This document shows, piece by piece, positions 39,598 through 51,224 of a stretch of 64,000 bases of DNA. Position 1 is the stretch's first letter, and the number at the start of each line of letters is the position of its first letter. Location: NCBI RefSeq assembly GCF_001194135.2, contig NC_068984.1, positions 34,525,162 to 34,589,161 on the forward strand. The letters run 5' to 3'. The DNA comes from Octopus bimaculoides (lineage: Eukaryota). A model generated the notes under the pieces. The model was not told where the DNA came from. It saw nothing but the letters and a program-made list of their open reading frames with translations, and did no database searches. A program made the position numbers and the translations under genes.

Positions 39598-39802
39598 CTT
39601 GCACATAAAGAACGACTTGCTTAATCTTTACTGGATCTGTGTTGATTTGACACATATATAAGCCTTGATCATCCGAAGTGACATCTCGTATGTGCAAATT
39701 CCAGTTAGCGACGTAAGGCCTTTCCACACTAACTCGGGCATCATCGATTACCCTTCTATTTTCTAATGTAAGTAGCGACAACTTTTTATCCATCCAAACA
39801 AC
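39598..39802 (-). CDS. Internal exon of an Ig-superfamily cell-adhesion gene (lachesin/DIP/Dpr/IgLON-like), C-terminal part of a V-type Ig domain
   Basis: Acceptor ctttaattttattcacAG|GTTGTTTGG (phase 0) and donor CAAG|GTAAGT (phase 1); 205 nt open frame VVWMDKKLSLLTLENRRVIDDARVSVERPYVANWNLHIRDVTSDDQGLYMCQINTDPVKIKQVVLYVQ with C-strand Trp, W-N-L-x-I and D-x-G-x-Y-x-C motifs. Confidence 0.93.
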
Positions 39803-40177
39803 CTGTGAATAAAATTAAAGCAATATTTGTAAATAATACTAACAATACTTAATTCATCATCAAAGTCAATCAACATGCCATTTTTTCCTTACTACATTTA
39901 TCGTGTCAGTTCTAGAAATACTTAACTATAAGAATGTAAATGCATATACAAAAATATATTTGAAAATATGTTTAATGAATTAACATTTTGCCATCTACCA
40001 CCATTGCCTGCCTGGTAGCAAGCTCTGAGTGTCTGGTGACACTGTTGACGCTCCATCTACGCTTGATTCTGAAATGTAGATGAATCATAAAGACGAGGTG
40101 CGAAAATACGCCTCTACAAACGGTAACCCCATATACTCACTGTCAAGGAAAGGGAGAATGTCGTGCTGTGAGCTTTC

Positions 40178-40179
<2 letters not shown>

Positions 40180-40268
<89 letters not shown>

Positions 40269-40275
40269 TATTATT
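40180..40275. repeat. (TAA)n microsatellite before gap
   Basis: Directly visible. Confidence 0.95.
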
Positions 40276-40809
40276 NNNNNNNNNNNNNNNNNNNNNNNNN
40301 NNNNNNNNNNNNNNNNNNNNNNNNNNNNNNNNNNNNNNNNNNNNNNNNNNNNNNNNNNNNNNNNNNNNNNNNNNNNNNNNNNNNNNNNNNNNNNNNNNNN
40401 NNNNNNNNNNNNNNNNNNNNNNNNNNNNNNNNNNNNNNNNNNNNNNNNNNNNNNNNNNNNNNNNNNNNNNNNNNNNNNNNNNNNNNNNNNNNNNNNNNNN
40501 NNNNNNNNNNNNNNNNNNNNNNNNNNNNNNNNNNNNNNNNNNNNNNNNNNNNNNNNNNNNNNNNNNNNNNNNNNNNNNNNNNNNNNNNNNNNNNNNNNNN
40601 NNNNNNNNNNNNNNNNNNNNNNNNNNNNNNNNNNNNNNNNNNNNNNNNNNNNNNNNNNNNNNNNNNNNNNNNNNNNNNNNNNNNNNNNNNNNNNNNNNNN
40701 NNNNNNNNNNNNNNNNNNNNNNNNNNNNNNNNNNNNNNNNNNNNNNNNNNNNNNNNNNNNNNNNNNNNNNNNNNNNNNNNNNNNNNNNNNNNNNNNNNNN
40801 NNNNNNNNN

Positions 40810-41016
40810 GACAAATACATAACAAAAACACCAGGACTTACAAATATATATAACATACAGAAAATTGCACTACTGGGCACTGCACACATCCTACGCAAAA
40901 CATTTTCAATACAGTAACCATAAGACCACCACAGCAAACCACAGCACATACCCAAGGCACACAGAGCTGCGCTCGGTAGTGAAGTGAAAGCACGTTATAA
41001 GAATAAAACTACTGAA
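40810..41016 (+). mobile_element. 3' end of R4/Dong-like LINE subfamily A (5' part in gap)
   Basis: DKYITKTPGLTNIYNIQKIALLGTAHILRKTFSIQ-stop, then 3' UTR ending ACTACTGAA followed by a CAATAA tail. Confidence 0.9.
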
Positions 41017-41035
41017 CAATAACAATAATAAAAAT

Positions 41036-41200
41036 GGTTTTAAATTTTGGCACAAGGCCAGGAATATTGGGGAAGGGACCAGTCGATTACAGTGACACAC
41101 GTGATTTATTGGTACTTAATTTATCGACTTAATCTATCGGCGGAATTTGAACACGGATCGTATAGACGGACGAAATGCCGCTAAGCATTTCGCTCGGACA
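41036..41200 (-). mobile_element. SINE family 2 with internal deletion
   Basis: GGCACAAGGCCAG, GGTACTTAATTTATCGAC, GGCGGAATTTGAAC, GACGAAATGCCGCTAAGCATTTCGC. Confidence 0.8.
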
Positions 41201-41248
41201 GGTAAAGTTTCTGTCGTTGTACCACTTACCATTATTATTATTATTATT

Positions 41249-41306
<58 letters not shown>

Positions 41307-41416
41307 GTATTTAACAGATGAAAACCAGGAGCGTTTGAGAGCGATAAAACACTAGCCAGAATTCTATACAAAAAATATCGAAAAAAAAAACCAAAAATCC
41401 CGCCAAATAACTCACT

Positions 41417-41506
41417 AAGTGTTGGACTATATCCGAGTAATTAATACGCATAACACGTATAAACACGCACATCCAACTAAAAAAGTGTTGGACAATATCC
41501 GAGTAA
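41417..41506 (+). repeat. 24-bp direct repeat pair separated by 42 bp
   Basis: AAGTGTTGGACTATATCCGAGTAA (41417-41440) and AAGTGTTGGACAATATCCGAGTAA (41483-41506). Confidence 0.9.
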
Positions 41507-41967
41507 GTAGTACTCATTCAAATTTATTTCTGTTTTCCAAATGAAATTATGTATTTTAACTGCGTATCATCTCTATCACTCGCACCACACATTTATACAC
41601 ACTCGTCAATTTACGAGTGTGTATAAAAATCAGACCATCTCCGTCCCCAACCACCATAAACAAAAATAAAATGAAACGTAAATTAGATGATACCCGTATT
41701 ATTCAATCCAAGGATAATAGACGGGAAGTACTTACTTGAAACTTGTTCCACAAAATGTACGAGAGGCTACACGTGCAAAACCATTTAACAACAGAAATGA
41801 ACGAACCACTACCCTACGAAAATGATGACCATCAGATAAAATGCAAAAGCATAAGTGGACAGGTGAGGAATATATTTCAATCCTACATGCTTATTTACAG
41901 CAGTGCTCAACATAGAGAACTAAAACACAGCGACGTATGCATATGAAATCTGGAAGAAAAATAACCT

Positions 41968-42329
41968 ATTCTTTTATTCTTTTACTTGTTTCAGTCATTT
42001 GACTGCGGCCATGCTGACGCACCGCCTTTAGGCGAATCCAATCGACCCCAGGACTTATTCTTTGTAGGCCTAGTACTTATTCTAACGGTTCTTTTCGCCG
42101 AACCGCTAAGTTAGGGGGACCTAAAAACACCAGCATCGGTTGTCAAGCGATGTTGGGGGGACAAACACAGATACACAACATATACACACATACATATATA
42201 TATACATATATACGACGGGCTTCTTTCAGTTTCCGTCTACCATATCCACTCAAAAGGCTTTGCTCGGCCCGAGGCTATAGTAGAATACACTTGCCCAAGG
42301 TGCCACGCAGTGGGACTGAACCCGGCACC
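41968..42329 (-). mobile_element. SINE family 1, little diverged, extreme 5' head missing
   Basis: ATTCTTTTACTTGTTTCAGTCATTTGACTGCGGCCATG..CCCAAGGTGCCACGCAGTGGGACTGAACCC. Confidence 0.9.
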
Positions 42330-42801
42330 TAGTTAAAGATTTGTATACAGCAATGAACCTTAATAAACTAGTTAAGATACGGAGATATATTCTCAAAACA
42401 GACATATCAGAAATAGAAATAGAACACTTAAACGGAAAAATACATCAGAGAAACGCAGATAGTAAGCGCAGAACAATGTCAAATAATATCATAATCACTG
42501 GGACTGTAAAATACGAAAACGTAACATGTCCAACAAAAATGAAGTAAACAACGAAAGACAACAAACGGAGACAGTAAGGATGCATAATGATGAAGAAAAT
42601 GCACCAACGCAGAATACCACAGACAAACATTCTACACACCACTTTCCTTGGATAACGGAAATGCAGCCATAACATCCTACGTATATTTTTATTTTTACTT
42701 TTATTCTCTTATTTTTCTTTATACTACTTATTTCTATCTTTTTCCCAAATAACTCATTATATTGAACTCTATTATTTCCCACTTTTTAACTACCTCATAT
42801 C

Positions 42802-42895
42802 GTCTCTGATGAAGGGATATCCCTAATATCCCAGAAACAGCTGTAGGGCTAACTTTCTCTTTATAAATGTCCTGAAATGTCCACACAACCTTGGC
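42802..42895 (+). ncRNA. Minimal type I hammerhead ribozyme with intact catalytic core plus conserved 3' tail (Penelope-like/retrozyme-type)
   Basis: GTCT-CTGATGA-A-GGGATAT-cccta-ATATCCC-A-GAAA-CAGCTGTA-GGGC: CUGANGA and GAAA cores, 7-bp helix II, palindromic ACAGCTGT helix III, GUA cleavage triplet ending at 42845, wobble-containing helix I. Confidence 0.72.
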
Positions 42896-43280
42896 TTTGC
42901 TATGTAATTTCATTTAACATACAAATAAACATCGAAGAAGGGATAGTTTACGCTTCCATTAAGGAAGGATTAGCAAAAATGACTCCATTCAGTGAGAAAT
43001 GAATACCATTTAACGTACAGTGTATTAAAAGAGCTACTGTTTCTAGGTATATTAAGTTTTTCTCGCGGTTTCTGATGGACCAGCATCCTGAATTTCAAAC
43101 AGAACAGGCCATGTGTCTACTGCCTAGGGATTACTTGGAGACACGAACCTTGTTATAAAAATTTGCCTATACACGTGTTTCAATAGCAAGAAACTATTGG
43201 AAGCTCTTATTTTAATACAGAGTATATTAAATGAACCATACACGTATAAATTATACACGTACTCGTGTACACACACCATA

Positions 43281-43315
<35 letters not shown>

Positions 43316-43869
43316 AAAAATGATATTTCCATTACTATGTTCATACCTAAATAAAAAGATGTAACGCTTATCATATTTTCAGGAGTTTTGTTTCCAGAGA
43401 ACAATATGAGAGGGTTGTTCACGTTTTTAGTTTTGTGCCTCAAAAAAGATATGAAGATAACTGTGTGGAGAAAGGATATTTGAGCCTTTTTCACACTGGA
43501 GACATATCGTTGAGATGTCAAGAGTAAACGACACACCGGCTTATGTACTAGGGCGGAATATTCTCGCTGTTTTCTACGTCAGAAGCCTATAAATTAGTGC
43601 AGCAACTCCAGAGAAATGTGAAGAAGAGAAGTGCACAGTATGGATAACATTTCATTACATTATATGGATGGATACTAACAGATGGCAATGTGCTCAACGA
43701 TTATGAAGCCTATATTTTCTAGATTTAGTTCCGTGAAAGTTATATAAGCCTGTTAACAATGTGTTATCGATAGTAACAGTGAAAACCACCTTAGTAACTT
43801 TGAAAGATATAAATTTCGTGATGTCCGCATATAATGAAAGTGAGACATCAGAGTATTCTTGTTTTCGCC

Positions 43870-44050
43870 TTCAAGGTCAACTATGATTGAACAGGCCTAT
43901 GATCAATAACTGCATTGTATCGTGACATTCTGTCACTATATCATGCGCAGGACTACATTATCCAATAGATTTTTTATTCTAAGATGGTACGAAATAAATT
44001 GACAGGGCACGAAAGATATGCAGTGATATGGATAATTTTGGAAGGTCTAC
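43870..44050 (+). repeat. Degenerate interspersed repeat (family 4)
   Basis: GATTGAACAGGCCTATGATCAA..GGACTACATTATCCAAT..TAAGATGGTA similar to 7225-7395. Confidence 0.4.
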
Positions 44051-45868
44051 CTCCCAGATTCGGAATCGTAAGTTATATAAAATCCTGAAATGGAGGCTAT
44101 TGGAAACAAACGAAAATCCGGTCTTCTCCGTCTAGAATAAGAACCCATTGCAATAAGAGTTTGTGTTTCAAGGGTTCACACCTATTCACTATTGGGCTAA
44201 ACAACCACAGAGATTTGCGTAGGAGTCATAAACAGCATCCCCATCGAACACGCTATTTCGCGAGAAACAAAAGGGAAAAGAAATCCAATCACTCTTCAAA
44301 ATTAGTGTTCCGTCATGGCCTCAGTTTCTAGCTGAAACGAATAAAGATAAAAGAACACAGATATGTCTACAACTAATACCATTAATCCCACGCCTGATGA
44401 CAAGATTAACAAATGCGAACTCCAGAATGACGTCATGTTTTACTGTTATATATGGGGACTAGACAGACAGCCGACAACTGATGAAAGGTCTTTTCTGTAT
44501 GCTACCTTTTCCTGTTTTCCTTTTTTCCTCATCGTTTATGTATTTCATATTATATGCACCTTTGGTGACGTCCNNNNNNNNNNNNNNNNNNNNNNNNNNN
44601 NNNNNNNNNNNNNNNNNNNNNNNNNNNNNNNNNNNNNNNNTATATATTTGCAATAACACCCACATATGAAAATATGTATGTATATATTCATATGCAACTT
44701 AAGCGCATGCATATAGAGAGACGTGTCAGTACTAACATATGTTGTTTAATTTATATAATAATGCTATCAGATGCCGTGTTCCTAAATTGAACCATTCTTA
44801 TTTCCCCTTTTATGATCGTATAATTGCCAATTTAGTGTCACCACTTTTCTCTTAAATGAGTAGTGTATGTTATAAAGTAGCCGATATTCATTATATTTCT
44901 TAGCCACGTTTTATGGTATTAACGCTGGAAGCCACATCGACTGATGTTTCTTTAATGAGAACAACACAGTTAAATAAATTATGCTTGACAACCATCAGGA
45001 ATTGTACACAAGTCTGCGATTAAAAATCAACTCACTAATGTAACTGAGTGATACAAAGCCCATGAATTAATACTATATACAGATTTTCAAAGCGAATGAA
45101 AGGTATGATAATCGTGAAGTAATTGTAATTGATAAATATCTATGTTTTTGTTAAAACTGAAAAATTTCCTCTGATTTTTAATGAAGCTAGATTCCCGAAT
45201 TATTCATATAACGTATGTTATTGTTATTAAATACATACAAGGTTATTTTGGTCTTTCGAGTACAGTCATCTGAGAACAGATTTTAAGTTTCATTCTCGGC
45301 CATTTTAGTGTATTAACGTTAAAAACCATTCATAACATCTAAGGACACTCATACACAAAACTATATTTGAATGTTCGTATGCGCATGTGTTTGTGAACGT
45401 ATAAATGTGTACACATACACATTATACACATATTCTACACATTTATATACGCAGGCACACACACATAGTAAAAGACAGAGGGTGTGAGATGGGAGAGACT
45501 GAGATAGGAAGAGATAGAAAGGAGGGAAGAGATGAAGAGCTAAGATCAAAGAAGGATGATTGAAATATGAGAATCAGTGAAAAGTTAAAAAGTTGGACAG
45601 ATAAAGAGAGGAGACTAGAAACGGCGGCGAAAATAAGATAATGATGATGTGATGATGATGGTGATGATGATGGTGATGATGCTGGAGATGATGATCACAA
45701 AAAATCAAGCAGAAATGAAAAGACCAATCATGATGTAGTAATGCCATCATCAAAATCATCATTATTAACTACCATCACGACAACATCATTAATATCAACA
45801 CGATTAAAAGTAACATACACTTTAAGAGTAACAGCAACTTCAACAAAGTTATTAATTCTTTCTGCTAT

Positions 45869-45960
45869 AAGCACAATGCCTGCAATTTCGGAGGAGAGAG
45901 GAAACAAGTGGATTAGATCGGCCTCGGTGACCGACTGGTACTTATTTTATCGATCCCTTA
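45869..45960 (-). mobile_element. SINE family 2, 3' fragment
   Basis: GCACAATGCCTGCAATTTCGGAGG..GACTGGTACTTATTTTATCGATCCC. Confidence 0.7.
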
Positions 45961-46169
45961 ATGATGGATTAGAAATGATAAGGATAATAGTATGGATAGA
46001 AAGGTCTAAAAGTGAAAGGATAAAGAAAGAAGGAATAGTGGGAATTGGTACAAAGTAAAAGGATATGATAAATAATAACCAAGTGGTTTCATTAATAATA
46101 ATAATAACACCAACAACAACAGCAGCAGCAACAACAGCAACAACACCGACGACAATAATAGTAATATGT

Positions 46170-46557
46170 GTTGGATTAAAGATAAAAAAGAAACCAATAT
46201 TATAGATATTACCACACCTTAGGATGCAAGCGTAGATGACAAAGAGCTGGGAAAGATTGAGAAATACAGACTACTGAAGGACGAACTTGCAAGAATATGG
46301 GCAATGAGGAGAGTTACTGTTATATAAGTAGTTGTAGAGGCACTCGGAGCAATAAGAAGCACAGGCATTGTAATTGACATAGATGCAGACCAGGCCCAGG
46401 GTACTTTACTATTGGGGACAGCTAGGATTGTGAGTGTCTTTCACGATAAGCTAACAAACTTATAATTAGCGGAAAGACACCTTCTGAGACCTCTGACAAA
46501 GGCTTGCTGTCCGCTCTCACAGAATCAGCAAGAACAAGTAAGCCTGAGAACTCTAAC
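46170..46557 (+). mobile_element. R4/Dong-like RLE LINE 3' fragment, subfamily C
   Basis: IIDITTP*DASVDDKELGKIEKYRLLKDELARIWAMRRVTVI*VVVEALGAI..LLLGTARIV; ends in (TAA)n. Confidence 0.85.
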
Positions 46558-46594
<37 letters not shown>

Positions 46595-46604
46595 NNNNNN
46601 NNNN

Positions 46605-46644
<40 letters not shown>

Positions 46645-46645
<1 letters not shown>

Positions 46646-46955
46646 GTTGATAATATCTGAAAATAGAGGTAACTCGAATGCTGAGTCTAAAAACAGAAAC
46701 AATTCCTATCATAGTAGGCACATTAGGTATGATAAAAAAAAAATTCAGCTAAATACATAACAAAGACACCAGGACTAACAAGTATATATAGCATTCAGAA
46801 AATAGTACTAGTAGGCTCCGCACACATCCTAGGTAATACACTTCTAATACAGTAAAAATAAGAGCATCACAATAAGCCACCGCACTTGCCCAAGACACAC
46901 AGAGCTACGCTCGGTAGTTGAGTGAAAGCACGCAATAAAAAATTAAGGCTATTGA
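46645..46955 (+). mobile_element. R4/Dong-like RLE LINE 3' fragment, subfamily A-related
   Basis: EVTRMLSLKTETIPIIVGTLGMIK..KYITKTPGLTSIYSIQKIVLVGSAHIL and an A-type 3' UTR; (TAA)n on both sides. Confidence 0.88.
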
Positions 46956-46981
46956 ATAATAAAAATAATAATAACAAAGAG

Positions 46982-47463
46982 TACTGGAGGCGGAGAAATG
47001 TAAGATTGTGGGACTTTCGTATTCAAACGAACATGAAGTTAAGAAAATAATAGACCAGACATAACAATTTTCGATAAGGCAAAGCGAAGCTGCTTACTTA
47101 TCGACTTATCATGCCGTTTGATTTCATGATCATAAAAAAAGAGGAAGCAAAACAAAAAATATACAATTCCCAAAAATTTGCAATGGGAAGAATTTGGAGC
47201 ATGCAACCAGTAAAGGTCGTGCCATAATAATTGGTGAGTTGGGAAAAGTAAGCAAAGATATAACCAAATAGCTTAAGGAGATTGAAATAGGATGCCCAGT
47301 AGAGCTCCTAAAAATAGTTTGTCTCTTTGAGAGAGCAAAGATTATCAAGAGTGTTCTAAGCACGTGAAAGACTGTTGAAAACTTGTCGATCTATAAGGCT
47401 AGATGTAGTAACCCGGCATCTACGTAAATCCTACCAGGTGTAAGACGGAAGCTGAGCCAAACC

Positions 47464-47466
<3 letters not shown>
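46982..47466 (+). mobile_element. R4/Dong-like RLE LINE 3' fragment, subfamily D
   Basis: Frameshifted LWDFRIQT..NRPDITIFDKAKRSCLLID..GRIWSMQPVKVVP.IIGELG..; ends in (TAA)n. Confidence 0.82.
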
Positions 47467-47508
<42 letters not shown>

Positions 47509-48201
47509 NNNNNNNNNNATAATAATAATAATAATAATAATGATAATAATAATAATAATAAATGTAAATATAAGTAAGAGACGACATGGGAATTTGGGGC
47601 ATCATATACATTCCCCCAAATTACAATGATACGCCAATAGTAAGTAAAGCTTCCCAGTACTTGTCTCATTTTGCAGGCAGCTAGAGGAAGCCTATTTAGT
47701 CACTACAATTTTGCCACTATCATACACCTTCAAGAATAATAATTATAAGATGAAAAACAACAACAACAATAACAATACCACCATCAGCAACAACAACAGC
47801 AATATTAATACTAATGATAAAGAGAAAGATTAATGCAATTTGGCATAGTGCTAGGAGGTCAGACAAGGATCTTAAATAGTAAGTAGTCTTCATTGACCGA
47901 TTTTATAGAAGGCTTGACAAAATCATATCGATTAGTAACATCATTAAAGCGGATGAATCGCAAAGAAGGCAAGTTCAACTGGGTGATAGATAACATAGAC
48001 AAGAGTCCATTCAGACAATATTTTCTGTAAAGTAGCAAGATGAAATATAGCAGCGTATTGGGAATAATACTGTTGCAGATGTTATTGTTATTATGAAATA
48101 ATCTTCCATTACTCATTATAATGATATACATTATACATACATGTGTGTAGATATGTTTATGAGTGTGAATCTATCTATCTATCTATCTATCTATCTCTGC
48201 A

Positions 48202-48251
<50 letters not shown>

Positions 48252-49063
48252 AATATACGCAAGCACATAGTCACAAGAATACACACACATATACGTATAT
48301 ATGTATACATAGGCATACGTATGTATATACGTAAATAATAGTATAAATCTTTGATTGGCTTCAGCTTGGTTTTAGGTAAGTATTGGACCACAAGAGAGAG
48401 AGAGAAAGAGAGAGAGAGATAGAGAGACGGAAAGTGACAGACAGACTGAGAGGGGGAGACAAAGAGAGAAACAGAGAACGATACTAGAAGAAGGAGGGAG
48501 AGAAAGAAAGGGAGAGCGACGTGAAAGAGATAGAGCGGAACAGAGAGAGAGAGAGAGAAATGTAATGAAGCAAGAGATATACTCAGAACTGTGAAGCAGA
48601 ATGAAATAATATTTATTCAGTTAATATTTGTTGAGTCACTACTCAGAGTTTTTTGTTTCTCATTCCTTTGAGTTGCATACACATGAATTCTGCCTCTCTC
48701 TCTTTCTTTCTCTCTTTCTCTCTCCCTCTTTCACACGCGCACACAGACACATGCACAAACACATATAGATATATGTGTGTGTTCGTGTATTCAATAATCC
48801 CTCGATCATCGCGGGTGTTACGATCCGAAGCACCCTGCAATGCGTGAAGATCCGCTAAGTAGAAACTGTACTGTACTGTATATTTTCTTTTTTATATTAT
48901 TTTTAGAACTTGCATATCTTTATGTTATCATAAATGAAAAACAATACCATGGAGTAATCAACGTAACCTTATATAATAAAGCGCGATAATTAAACCACGA
49001 TATAGCGAGGAATTACTATGTAAATATAATTATAGTAAGGGGACTAATGAGTAGCTACAAAAG

Positions 49064-49097
<34 letters not shown>

Positions 49098-50099
49098 ATT
49101 AAAAAATGGAGGATAATATGCTGCACCCAAGGACTTGCAGACGGAATACACTGTCTGCAAGTCGTTGCGTACAGCATATTATCCTCCATTTTCGAATTGA
49201 TATATAAATTTAGGGTAAAACAACCACCCCTTTTACCCACTCCCACTTATTACACTTGGTATAACACTAGTGTAACAATGATTCGGTACCCTCCCAGCAG
49301 TATATTGGATAGATACTATCCCTTAGTGGGTTGAATCCTCAACCCCTAACTCTCTTGCATTANNNNNNNNNNNNNNNNNNNNNNNNNNNNNNNNNNNNNN
49401 NNNNNNNNNNNNNNNNNNNNNNNNNNNNNNNNNNNNNNNNTATATATTAATAAATTTCAGGGTTGCAAAAAATTTAGAAATTTTACCACTGGTCTAGCGA
49501 GAAGAAAAAAATAGCCAATAGATTATATATTAAAAAGATCAAGGAGTGAATTTTACCAAATCCTATGATGTGTAGAGTTTTTAGAAACAATTGTCGAGTA
49601 TTTCGCATGGATAGGTGGATTGTAGACTGTGAAATTTGTTGCTAACCCCCATTATCTACTAAGTCTTTCAAAATTCCTACAGAAATGCGAAACATTTTGT
49701 AAAATATCTCCAGTCATGATGAACAGTTATGCGAAGGAAGCAAAAGCGAGACATCTTTGCTTTTGTGCCTAGCCTTGCTTCATGATTGACTACAACAGCT
49801 CTTAGTCCTCTGGTTCGTGTATACGAAACTGGTTCCGCTGCTTGGAAGGCCCATTTGTTGTAAATATCTGCTGTGGGGAGCTTGGACATGCTGTATGGAG
49901 GACTTTCAATTTAAGGTCAATTGATAATTTCTAAAAACTGGCCTGGTAGTGCTCTCATGAGACATTGTCAATTTTCTATAAAATATACAGGCAAAGGCTA
50001 AGATGCGTGCAGTGTCACGAAACTGACCGTTAAGCTCTCGAACACTGTCTGAATTTTACCGACTTAACCAACAGCGTGTAGGTCAGATTCGGCTATAGA

Positions 50100-50280
50100 C
50101 CACGCTGAGCAAACTGCTTAGCTGTACTTCGTCTGCCGCTACGTTGTGAGTTCAAATTCCACCTAGCTCGACTTAGCCTTTCATCCTTTCGGGGTTGATA
50201 AATTAAATACTAGTGAAACACTAGGGTTCATGTAATCGACTAGTCACTTTTCCACAAATTTCTGACCTATAGTAGAAAGG
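50100..50280 (+). mobile_element. SINE family 2
   Basis: TCTGCCGCTACGTTGTGAGTTCAAATTCC..GCCTTTCATCCTTTCGGGGTTGATAAATTAA. Confidence 0.85.
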
Positions 50281-50341
<61 letters not shown>

Positions 50342-50386
50342 CCATCATCATCATTATTCTTATCATTATCATTATATTATTATTAT
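50281..50386. repeat. (ATC)n-(ATT)n compound microsatellite
   Basis: Directly visible. Confidence 0.9.
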
Positions 50387-50812
50387 TTAAGACGTCGCAC
50401 AGCGTCCCATATCATGATTTTGATTGAAGATATTGCGTCTACCTGGGGTTTATACTGTCTGTCAATTAACAAGGACCTCAGGCAGACAGTACTTTATGCA
50501 ATATGCATGCAGTTCCAAGTAATGCGGATTTTTGCAATACACCTACATTGGAGGCTATTTAAATTTCTAGATGTTACTTCAGTTTAGATGGTATTGAACC
50601 CAATATTTCGATGATAACAGGGACAACCTTCATGTTTAAATCTCGTAGCTTCCACATCTTGGCGATCTCATTTCTGAGGTCTCCATACTTATCAATCTTT
50701 TCCCTTTCTTTCATGATAATCTGTTGAACTCCTGGCACTGCCACGTCGATTTTTAGGCACTTTTGTTTGTCACTCATAAAAGCTAATAAATCTGGCCTTC
50801 GGTACTCTAGTC
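50387..50812 (-). mobile_element. R4/Dong-like RLE LINE 3' fragment, subfamily E
   Basis: RRPDLLAF..KQKCLKIDVAVPGVQQIIMKEREKIDKYGDLRNEIAKMWK..KVVPVIIEILGSI..LQKSALLGTACIL; 3' end abuts (TTA)n. Confidence 0.88.
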
Positions 50813-51130
50813 CCAGAGGAATTTCATTTTCTCACATTTTTTCTCTTTCGTTAACAATCTTGCATTACTATTTTGTCTATCACTAATTGATCTTAAGTCC
50901 ATCTGTATCTCCTTCTACATACTTTTCATTCTGTCGGAAATATATCGTTCTCATTAAGAAATTTGTACCGTTCTGCAATTCCTCCAGACAGAAACTCCCA
51001 CGTTACTAGGAAGCAAGAAATCGGTCTCTAATTGGCAGAAGGATTTCCTGTCAACAAGCTCAGGATTTCTTCTTCAGCATTGTTCAATGTTTTAAATTGC
51101 TCCTAGATGAATTTATGACAACTACTGAAC

Positions 51131-51204
<74 letters not shown>

Positions 51205-51224
51205 CATCATCATTATTATTATTG

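Noticed and set aside
41417-41506. CRISPR-like repeat-spacer-repeat
   Set aside because: Only two repeats, eukaryotic context, no cas genes or leader.
42341-42547. ORF upstream of the intact hammerhead as a Penelope GIY-YIG remnant
   Set aside because: No recognisable GIY-YIG or RT motif.
44455-44573. CTGATGAAAGG as another hammerhead (also CTGATGA at 44393)
   Set aside because: No helix II followed by GAAA is visible before the gap.
49677-49889. Non-repetitive ORF as the missing upstream Ig exon
   Set aside because: No Ig B-strand Cys/LxC pattern and no phase-0 donor; other frames are closed.
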